A stretch of DNA of 57,901 nucleotides from an uncultured Muribaculaceae bacterium (GTDB taxonomy: Bacteria; Bacillota_I; Bacilli_A; RF39; UBA660). Below the pieces are notes generated by a model. The model was not told the DNA's origin and did not search any database. It saw nothing but the letters and a program-made list of their open reading frames with translations. This document shows, piece by piece, positions 50,320 to 57,901 of the stretch. Position 1 is the first letter of the stretch, and each line of letters starts with the position of its first letter. The stretch lies in contig CAYQJD010000003.1 of NCBI GenBank assembly GCA_964417835.1, positions 1 through 57,901 on the forward strand, given 5' to 3'. The translations under genes were made by a program, and so were the position numbers.

Positions 50320-50390
50320 AAAGTAAAATATTAAAATATAAAAAATATATTATATTTTACTTTTTAAGTATATAATTTAATGGTGATACT

Positions 50391-50993
50391 ATGAAAAGAA
50401 AGATATTTATATTAATTTTATATATTATATTTTTTATAAGTTTAATTTTATATATTTTTAATAAATTAAGTTTTTTTGATAATTTAATATATAATTTTAT
50501 TATACAATTTAAATCTAATAATATTACTAAATTTATGAAAATTATTACGTTTTTTGCTAGTACAAAATTTATACTTTTTATAATGCTTATTTTATTATTA
50601 TTTTCAGTTTTTAAAGTAAAAAAAGCTTATATATTAAGTATTTCAATCATATTAAATGCTATTATAAATAATATTGTTAAAATCATTGTAAGAAGGGATA
50701 GACCTATAGATATTAATTTAGTTAAAGAGCCAACTTATTCTTTTCCAAGTGGTCATACAATGATAGCGGTTACTTTATATGGATTTTTAATATATTTTAT
50801 AATTAAATCTAATTTATCTAAATATTTAAAAGTTTTCTTAATTTGTATTTTAGATTTACTTATATATTTAATAATGTTAAGCAGAATATATTTAGGGGCA
50901 CATTTTGCAAGTGATGTTGTTTCCGGATTTTCTTTAGCATTTGCAAATTTATTATTGTTTATAGAATATTTAGAGAGGAAAAAAGTTTTATGA
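50391..50993 (+). CDS. PAP2 family phosphatase
   Basis: K....R.RP, SFPSGH, SRIYLGAHFASDV. Confidence 0.93.
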   Translation: MKRKIFILILYIIFFISLILYIFNKLSFFDNLIYNFIIQFKSNNITKFMKIITFFASTKFILFIMLILLLFSVFKVKKAYILSISIILNAIINNIVKIIVRRDRPIDINLVKEPTYSFPSGHTMIAVTLYGFLIYFIIKSNLSKYLKVFLICILDLLIYLIMLSRIYLGAHFASDVVSGFSLAFANLLLFIEYLERKKVL

Positions 50994-51748
50994 AAGCACT
51001 TATAACTGGAGCAAGTAGCGGAATAGGAAAAGACATGTCTTTATATTTAAGTGATAGAGGAGTAGATTTGATAATTGTAGGAAGGAATATTAATGCGTTG
51101 AAGACATTAAAAAAAATGTGTAAAACTAATGTTGAAATTATAAATTTAGATTTAAATAAAAAAGAAAATGTTTATGAGTTATATGAAGAAACTAAAAATA
51201 AAAATGTAGATATTTTAATAAATAATGCTGGATTTGGTTTATTTGGGAACTTTTGGGAAACAGATTTAGAAAGAGAATTAGAAATGATTAACGTTAATGT
51301 TATAGCCCCACATATTCTTACAAAACTATTCTTAAAAGACTTTATAAAACTAGATAAAGGTTATATTTTAAATGTTGCATCATCGGCTGGATTTATGCCA
51401 GGTCCTAAATTATCAACATATTATTCAACAAAAAATTATTTGTTAAAAGAAACATTAGCAATATACGAAGAACTAAGGCATATAAAATCAAATGTTAAAA
51501 TATCTGTGCTTTGTCCAGGGCCAGTAGATACAAATTTTAATAATGTAGCAGGAGGAAGCTTTAATACTAAGAGTGCTTCTAGTAAATTTGTTGCACAATA
51601 TGCAATAGATAATATGTTTAAAAATAAACTTCTAATTATTCCTACTTTAAAAATGAAAGTCACTATATTTTTAACAAGATTTATTCCAACAAAACTTTTA
51701 TTAATGATTAATTATCGTATTCAGAATATTAAAATTTTAAAAAAATAA
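50990..51748 (+). CDS. Short-chain dehydrogenase/reductase
   Basis: TGASSGIG, NNAG, YYSTK. Confidence 0.93.
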   Translation: MKALITGASSGIGKDMSLYLSDRGVDLIIVGRNINALKTLKKMCKTNVEIINLDLNKKENVYELYEETKNKNVDILINNAGFGLFGNFWETDLERELEMINVNVIAPHILTKLFLKDFIKLDKGYILNVASSAGFMPGPKLSTYYSTKNYLLKETLAIYEELRHIKSNVKISVLCPGPVDTNFNNVAGGSFNTKSASSKFVAQYAIDNMFKNKLLIIPTLKMKVTIFLTRFIPTKLLLMINYRIQNIKILKK

Positions 51749-51774
51749 TAAATAAAAAGGGGACTAAGATATAC

Positions 51775-52134
51775 TTATCTATGTTTCTTTTTTTTATTTA
51801 TTCCAATCATCGATCCTAATACAGTAGAAAATATTAATATTATGTAATACATTAATGAGTTTAAATTTAATGTTACTCTAAATATTAAAGATATTATTAA
51901 TAAGATTAATATAGATATTAATGATATTAATAGTCCATTCAAATATCCTTTACTGTTGCTACTTCTTCCAGTGATAAAACCTATAATTAACATTAGTATA
52001 GAACCCACAATGATTATCATTACTCTAGAAGTATTTATTTTTAATAAATTGAATATTGTTAGAAATAGAGGTATAACAAGTATAGAACTTAAGAAAATTG
52101 CTAATGACTTAATATATTTAAAAAAAGTATTCAT
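51775..52134 (-). CDS. TIGR04086/YrzE-like membrane protein
   Basis: Four TMs; G...G....KGYL.G and GSMIGIN motifs. Confidence 0.75.
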   Translation of the reverse strand: MNTFFKYIKSLAIFLSSILVIPLFLTIFNLLKINTSRVMIIIVGSILMLIIGFITGRSSNSKGYLNGLLISLISILILLIISLIFRVTLNLNSLMYYIILIFSTVLGSMIGINKKKKHR

Positions 52135-52165
52135 TATTATCACCTAATAAATACTATTCAATATT

Positions 52166-52516
52166 TTATTTTTTTATAACATCATTACTTACTTTACTAT
52201 AACTTCTTAAAAGTGGTCCAGCTCCTAGTTTGACTCCACCAAAATATCTTATAACTACTAATAGATGTTTATTTAAATTATTTCTTTCTAGTACTTGTAA
52301 TAATGGCTTCCCCGCCGTGCCACTTGGTTCTTTATCATCACTCTTTTTTTTAAATGATTCATACCAATAAGCAAAAGGGAAATGTTTAGCTTTTTTATTC
52401 TCTTTCTTTAGGTTTTCTAAAATTAGATTAATTTCTTCTAAGCTATCTAATTCATATAGATAACTATAAAATTTACTTTTTTTTATTTCATATAATGATG
52501 AACTAATTAGTTCCAT
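52166..52516 (-). CDS. YigZ/IMPACT family protein (N-terminal domain only)
   Basis: IKKSKF, DDKEPSGTAG.P, RYFGGVKLG.G.L.R.Y. Confidence 0.9.
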   Translation of the reverse strand: MELISSSLYEIKKSKFYSYLYELDSLEEINLILENLKKENKKAKHFPFAYWYESFKKKSDDKEPSGTAGKPLLQVLERNNLNKHLLVVIRYFGGVKLGAGPLLRSYSKVSNDVIKK

Positions 52517-52612
52517 TTAAACCACCAAAGATAATATAACATAAATATTTACAAAATAAAAAAAATATAATAAACTAAGTATGTTAATATTATAAAACTT
52601 AAGAGGTGTTGT

Positions 52613-53182
52613 ATGAAAGTTTTTATTGCAAGTGCAGCAAACATAGATATTGATGAAAAATATATAGAACTAGCAAGCAATGTATCAGAAATATTTGCAA
52701 AAAAGAATTTTGATTTATTATTCGGGGCTGCAAATTATTCAATGATGGGAGCTTGCTATAAAATTTTTTCGAAATATAAAAGAAAAATCTATGCATACAC
52801 AGTTCCTAAATATGAAAAAGATTTTAAAAGATTGCCAAAAGCTAAATGCGTTAAAGTAGATGATACATTATTAAGATTTAAAAAATTATATTTTAGAAGT
52901 GACGTAATTGTTATTCTTCCTGGTGGAATAGGGACCTTAGCTGAATTTAGCAGTGCAGTAGAAGAATTTAGAGCTTCAGGTGGGAATAATAAAATAATAT
53001 TAATGAATTACGAAGGTTATTATGATGGCTTAATAAAATGGATGAAAGATAATATAGAAACTGGATTTTTTAAAGATGATTTGAGTAATTGTTTTGATTT
53101 AGTTAGTAGTATAGAAGAATTAGAAGAAATATTAGACCGATATATAAAAAATAATATGATCTTTAAAAAATTTAATAAATAA
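52613..53182 (+). CDS. LOG family nucleotide phosphoribohydrolase
   Basis: PGGIGTLAE motif, N..GYYD. Confidence 0.85.
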   Translation: MKVFIASAANIDIDEKYIELASNVSEIFAKKNFDLLFGAANYSMMGACYKIFSKYKRKIYAYTVPKYEKDFKRLPKAKCVKVDDTLLRFKKLYFRSDVIVILPGGIGTLAEFSSAVEEFRASGGNNKIILMNYEGYYDGLIKWMKDNIETGFFKDDLSNCFDLVSSIEELEEILDRYIKNNMIFKKFNK

Positions 53183-53194
53183 GGAGAAACTTAT

Positions 53195-54565
53195 ATGAAA
53201 ATGGACGATATAGTAAATTATTGTAAACAATATGGTTTTATATTTCAAGGTAGTGAAATATATGGTGGACTTTCAAACACTTGGGATTATGGTCCTTTAG
53301 GAAAAGAGCTAAAAGAAAATATAAAGTCTGCTTGGTGGAAAAAATTTATTCAAGAAAATCCTTATAATTATGGTTTGGATTCTGCAATATTAATGAATCC
53401 TAATGTTTGGGTAGCTTCTGGTCATGTTAGTAGTTTTGCAGATCCTTTAATGGATTGTAAAAAATGTAAATCAAGATATCGTGCAGACAAATTAGTGGAA
53501 GATTTTACTAATGGATTAGAAACTGGAGATGGTTGGGATAATAAAAAATTAGAGAACTTTATTAAAGATAATAACATAAAATGTCCAAAGTGCGGGAGTA
53601 CTGATTTTACTGATATTAGAAAGTTTAATTTATTATTTGAAACACATATTGGAGTAACTGATGATACAAAAAGTATATGTTATTTAAGAGGAGAAACTGC
53701 TCAAGGAATATTTACTAATTTTTTAAATGTACAACGTACTATGAGACTTAAATTACCATTTGGAATTGGGCAAATAGGTAAAAGTTTTAGAAATGAAATA
53801 ACTCCGGGAAATTTTATTTTTAGAATGAGAGAATTTGAACAAATGGAATTAGAATTCTTTTGCAAACCTAATACAGATTTAGAATGGTTTGGTTATTATA
53901 AAAATTATTGTTTAGATTTTCTAAAAAGTTTGGGTTTAAAAAATGAAAATTTAAGATTTAGAGATCATAAAAAAGAAGAATTATCTTTTTATTCTAAAGC
54001 CACTACTGATATAGAATATAATTATCCTATGGGATGGGGAGAATTATGGGGAATTGCAGATAGAACAGATTACGATTTATCTACTCATATAGAACATTCT
54101 AAACAAGACTTAAGATATCTAGATCCTGAGACAAATGAAAAATATGTTCCTTTTGTAATTGAACCTAGCGTTGGATTAGATAGATTATTTCTTGCAATAA
54201 TATGTAATAGTTTTGAAATTGAAAATTTAGAAAATGGTGAAACTAGAGAAGTTTTAAAAATAAAACCTTATCTTGCTCCAATAAAAGTAACAATTTTACC
54301 TCTAATAAAAAAGTTACATGGAAAAAAAGCGATGGAAGTTTATTCTGATTTATGTAGTGAATTTAATGTGAGCTATGATGAATCAGGAAGTATTGGTAAA
54401 AGATATAGAAGGTGCGATGCTATAGGCACTCCTTTTGCAATTACTATTGATGATGAAACTTTAGAAAAAAATGTTGTTACAGTACGTGATAGAGATACAA
54501 TGAAACAAATAAAAATCAGTTTAACAGAACTAAAAGCTTATATAAATGAAAAAATAAAATTTTAG
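53195..54565 (+). CDS. glyQS: Glycine--tRNA ligase (alpha2 type)
   Basis: YLRGETAQGIF, FRNEITPGNFIFRMREFEQME, IEPSVG. Confidence 0.97.
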   Translation: MKMDDIVNYCKQYGFIFQGSEIYGGLSNTWDYGPLGKELKENIKSAWWKKFIQENPYNYGLDSAILMNPNVWVASGHVSSFADPLMDCKKCKSRYRADKLVEDFTNGLETGDGWDNKKLENFIKDNNIKCPKCGSTDFTDIRKFNLLFETHIGVTDDTKSICYLRGETAQGIFTNFLNVQRTMRLKLPFGIGQIGKSFRNEITPGNFIFRMREFEQMELEFFCKPNTDLEWFGYYKNYCLDFLKSLGLKNENLRFRDHKKEELSFYSKATTDIEYNYPMGWGELWGIADRTDYDLSTHIEHSKQDLRYLDPETNEKYVPFVIEPSVGLDRLFLAIICNSFEIENLENGETREVLKIKPYLAPIKVTILPLIKKLHGKKAMEVYSDLCSEFNVSYDESGSIGKRYRRCDAIGTPFAITIDDETLEKNVVTVRDRDTMKQIKISLTELKAYINEKIKF

Positions 54566-54577
54566 TTTTTCTTTTAT

Positions 54578-54653
54578 TGCCCTGTGGACAAGTGGTAAGT
54601 CAATGGACTCTGACTCCATCATTCCGTAGGTTCGAATCCTACCAGGGCAGCCA
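54578..54653 (+). tRNA. tRNA-Gln(CUG)
   Basis: TGCCCTG/CAGGGCA acceptor stem, ATGGA-CTCTGAC-TCCAT anticodon arm, GTTCGAATC, encoded CCA. Confidence 0.95.
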
Positions 54654-54656
54654 TAT

Positions 54657-54732
54657 GCTAGATTAGCTCAATTGGTAGAGCAACTGAATCGTAATCAGTA
54701 GGTTGTGGGTTCAATTCCTATATCTAGCACCA
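54657..54732 (+). tRNA. tRNA-Thr(CGU)
   Basis: GCTAGAT/ATCTAGC acceptor stem, ACTGA-ATCGTAA-TCAGT anticodon arm, GTTCAATTC, encoded CCA. Confidence 0.93.
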
Positions 54733-54742
54733 TTGAGGTTAA

Positions 54743-54778
54743 TATACACGCACTCTTTTTATAAAAGTGTGTTTTTTT
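54743..54778 (+). terminator. Terminator after tRNA pair
   Basis: ACACGCACT...AGTGTGT hairpin followed by T run. Confidence 0.6.
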
Positions 54779-54907
54779 ATATTTATAAGAGGTTCATAAT
54801 ATTTTATTTGGTTTAAGTTGGTTGATAAAATGATAAAGAAAAGTTATTAGAATTTATTTCAAAAAAGTTTTACGAAAACTAAAAAAGTTAAATAGATATT
54901 CAAAAAA

Positions 54908-55087
54908 GGTTCTTGATAATTGCTTATGAAATAAGGCTAAAATAGAAATTTTATGAAAATTAGAACCCTGAAATGGGATAAAATAGTTATTTTCGCAAGT
55001 GCGAAAATGGTTGTTGTTGCATTAAAGATACTTCTAAAGTCTTTATTTATAAGGACTTTAAAGTTTCGTGGTGCATTCCCATATTCA
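54908..55087 (+). other. Highly structured non-coding element (two three-way junctions)
   Basis: Hand-paired stems with several G-U/G-T pairs that form only on the + strand; see findings. Confidence 0.55.
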
Positions 55088-55130
55088 ATTGTCTTTAAAA
55101 TTTTAACTATTTTTTAGAAAGGAGAAATTT

Positions 55131-55485
55131 ATGATGAGTAACTTTATTTTTGAAATATATGTTAGTACAAGTTGAAAAAGAATTAGAGATAGCTATCTAA
55201 TTCATAGTATAAGAGAAAATTCAGGCATTCCTTTAATAAAAGAAGATTCTCAAATGATATAATATCTGTTTTCTATGAGAGGAAACTTAACTGAAAAAGA
55301 TTTAGCAATTATTTATAATAAATTTTAATGATCTTAGAAACCAAGTGTAATATTTGACGAAAAAATTGTTTCACTTTTAGATAAAAGAGTTTTGATAAAG
55401 AGAGGATATACTAAAAGATATATTAAAAGAGAAGTTTAATTTGAATCTTGGAATAAATTCTTATTTAGTAGATGTAAATCCTGAA
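55131..55485 (+). pseudogene. Degraded unidentified gene
   Basis: Strong RBS AGAAAGGAG and ATG followed by short, frame-hopping coding-like fragments. Confidence 0.35.
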
Positions 55486-55589
55486 AAAATAAAATATTTA
55501 ATTTAAAAAAGATTCATTAAATAATAATTTTGTAGTATAATCAATAATGTCAAAGTAGTCATAAATAACATTTAGTTTGGAGAAATGAA

Positions 55590-56573
55590 ATGAAAAATAA
55601 TCAAAAAATTATAACTGGGATAAGTGTAGTTGTATTACTAATAATAGGAATATTTGTAGTAATTAGCATTATTACTAAAGAAGAAAATAAACAGGATTTA
55701 TCAACAGATAATAGTGTCTTAAATGATTATCCTACACTTTCTGATATATTAAGTGAAGTAGAAAGCAAATATACTCAAGAAACATTCAAAGATTCAGATA
55801 CTGGTTTAAGTATCAAATATAATATATATTTACCTGATAACTATGATTCGTCAAAAGAATATCCATTGCTTGTATTTATTGCTGATTCAAGTTTAGTAGG
55901 CAGAGGAACAACTGCATCACTTGAACAAGGATATGGTGGTGTTATATGGGCAACGAATGACGAACAAAGTAAACACGAAAGTATAATTGTTGTGCCAACC
56001 TATAATGAAATTATAATTGATGATAATAATGGGTATTCAAAATCAGAATATTTAGAAACAACTAAAAATTTAATAGATTATATTTCAACGCAATATAGTA
56101 TTGATACAAACCGAATCTATGGTACAGGACAATCAATGGGTGGAATGGCAATACTTTATTTATCGAGTAAATATCCAGATTTGTTTGCAGCCGAACTATT
56201 TGTATCATGTCAATGGAAAATTGACGAACTTTAAAATTTGGATTCACAAACATTCTTCTATGTTGCAGCAGGGGGAGACCAGAAAGCATCTAAAGGACAA
56301 GAAGAAGTCTTAGAATATTTAGAAAGTAAAAATATTAAGTTTTCCAATTTAAAAAATGTGGATGCAACATTAAGCGATAGTGAATTTACTTTAAAAATAT
56401 CTGAAATGTTAGAAGATAATAATAAAATAAACTTAATGACATTTGCAAGCGGTACAGTTTTATCTAATAGTTCAAATTCTAAAGGAATGAATTCTAGTGA
56501 ACACATGGCATCATTTAATTATGCGTATAGAATAAGTTCTATTAGAGATTGGCTATTTTCCCAAAGTAAATGA
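55590..56573 (+). pseudogene. Exported alpha/beta-hydrolase (esterase/peptidase-like) interrupted by in-frame TAA at 56232-56234
   Basis: YPLLVFI, IDTNRIYGTGQSMGG nucleophile elbow; the same frame continues to EHMASF.YAY...IRDWLF. Confidence 0.82.
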
Positions 56574-56648
56574 TATGTCAATGCAAATATTTCACAAAAA
56601 TATCATAAATATTAGTTATAATATGTGTAATAAGAAAGGTAATTTTAT

Positions 56649-57901
56649 ATGAATAAGAAAATTAAAAATATTGGTTTAGTTTGTTTAATTTTTCTATCAA
56701 TGGTGATGATTGGTTTAACTTTTAATTATGCTAAGAATAATTTAACAGTTACTACTGAAATTGGAAATGTTAATTCTGATGAAACAAACTCATTTGGAAG
56801 GGATGGAAAGAAAGGAACTCTTGATAATGGTGAACTTCCAGATGATATTAATGGTAATTTCGGTAAGGGCGGCATGAAAGGTCAAATTGATGAAGATAAT
56901 CTTCCAGATGACTTAATAGATGGTTTTCAAGGAAAAGAAACAATTGATGGAGATTTCAAAGCAGATGGTGGCTTTGGTGGCGCTGGGGAAATAACTTCTC
57001 AAGTTGAAATAAATTTAACTACACCATATATTATTTTTATAGGCTTTTGGTGTTTAGTGTTATCAATGTCATTAATATATTTGTTAATGAGTGGATTTAG
57101 TAGTAAAAAAGCATTTACCAATGGAAACAAAGTAATTATTTATGTATTATCAAATGTTTTAATTACGGGAGTTTTAACTTTTGTAATAACATACTTAGGA
57201 AATAACTTTTATTTAAATAGCGATTCTGCTAATTCTAATCTTGAATATTCTTCAACAGATGATTTACATATTAATATGGAAAATTGGAGTTATGATTCTT
57301 ATAATAATGTTTACTATCAAATCGGATTAGTATATGTTTCTAATCCTGCAACAGTTGAATATGAATCATTAGGTATTTATGTACCTGGAGATTATATGGA
57401 TTGTGATAAAAATTCTAATGATAAATATACTTGTGAGATGAATACTACTAACAAAATAGGGAATTACACTAGCGAAACAGCACCAATAGTTATGCCAATG
57501 AATACAGCAGGATATTCAGCTCAAGCGGCCCCTGTTTCATATAGTTATAGTGGTTTATCAGATTATTTAGATGCTGGATTTATCTATGTATATAGTGGAT
57601 GTAGAGGAAGAAATAATGGTGATGATTATGCTGGAGGTTCACCTTGGGCAGTAACTGATTTTAAGGCAGCCATTAGATATTTAAGATATAATAATTCTTC
57701 ACTTCCTGGAGATACTGATTCTATATTTGTATTTGGAATGAGTGGTGGAGGAGCTCAAAGTACGATTGTTGGTACTTCTGGCGATAGTGATTTATATACT
57801 CCTTATTTAGAATCTATTGGAGCTTTAATGACAGATGATAGTGGGGATGAAATATCTGATGCAGTAGCAGGTATTATGGCATGGTGTCCTATTACAAGTT
57901 T
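56649..57901 (+). CDS. Membrane-tethered tannase (subtype A-like), runs off window; not in ORF track
   Basis: Own translation: N-terminal TM, Gly/Asp-rich linker, two TMs, then YESLGIYVP, TAPIVMP.NTAGY, GCRGR, DFKAAIRYLRYN...LPGD, GMSGGGA, WCPIT. Confidence 0.85.
   Translation, partial: MNKKIKNIGLVCLIFLSMVMIGLTFNYAKNNLTVTTEIGNVNSDETNSFGRDGKKGTLDNGELPDDINGNFGKGGMKGQIDEDNLPDDLIDGFQGKETIDGDFKADGGFGGAGEITSQVEINLTTPYIIFIGFWCLVLSMSLIYLLMSGFSSKKAFTNGNKVIIYVLSNVLITGVLTFVITYLGNNFYLNSDSANSNLEYSSTDDLHINMENWSYDSYNNVYYQIGLVYVSNPATVEYESLGIYVPGDYMDCDKNSNDKYTCEMNTTNKIGNYTSETAPIVMPMNTAGYSAQAAPVSYSYSGLSDYLDAGFIYVYSGCRGRNNGDDYAGGSPWAVTDFKAAIRYLRYNNSSLPGDTDSIFVFGMSGGGAQSTIVGTSGDSDLYTPYLESIGALMTDDSGDEISDAVAGIMAWCPITS

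Noticed and set aside
52166-52516. YigZ shorter than usual, possible pseudogene
   Set aside because: The N-terminal domain is complete with intact motifs and a clean stop; loss of the C-terminal domain is plausible in reduced genomes
53160-53195. T-box leader expected before glycyl-tRNA synthetase
   Set aside because: Only 12 nt separate the LOG gene from glyQS and no T-box consensus is present
55066-55082. Minus-strand GCACCA resembling a duplicated tRNA 3' end (att site)
   Set aside because: Only 6 bp match tRNA-Thr and in inverted orientation; better explained as part of the P3 stem of the structured element
880-56506. Numerous 60-170 aa ORFs antisense to or nested within real genes (e.g. 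880-1146, 6321-6749, 27784-28143, 45530-46033)
   Set aside because: Ser/Phe/Leu/Ile-rich shadows of Glu/Lys-rich sense genes, with no RBS or recognisable motifs

Overview
Very AT-rich Firmicute chromosomal segment using standard code 11. Gene content and style suggest a reduced-genome, spore-forming, uncultured Bacilli lineage (RF39-like; inference). Most of the window is housekeeping backbone: tig, lemA, dnaG-rpoD-trmK, frr, ireB-ruvX-mltG-trmR-U32-greA, ybeY-cdd-era-recO, rnj, pflBA, ftsEX-M23, def, glyQS and three tRNAs. A stripped-down sporulation set is also present (yqfC/yqfD, spoIIAA-sigF without spoIIAB, spoVAC/D/E, cotY/Z) with recognisable sigmaG- and sigmaK-type promoters. Accessory features: (i) an internally deleted IS30 near the left end; (ii) an islet between recO and ~23.3 kb with a tyrosine-recombinase remnant, a promoter flanked by a perfect 17-bp inverted repeat, a structured leader, a tandem-domain ThyX, Tmk and an IS30 stub; (iii) a three-gene operon encoding a degenerate EAL-like protein, a membrane-anchored coiled-coil McrB-like AAA+ NTPase and a DUF2357/McrC-like partner with no nuclease domain, which is the best candidate for an undescribed system; (iv) a post-tRNA region with a strongly folding ~180-nt element, an esterase split by a stop codon and a membrane-tethered tannase. 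Several proteins have specifically lost catalytic or phospho-acceptor residues (SpoIIAA, a second cytidine deaminase, a PTS EIIB, a thioredoxin fold). All product calls come from motif recognition by eye; no database searches were run.
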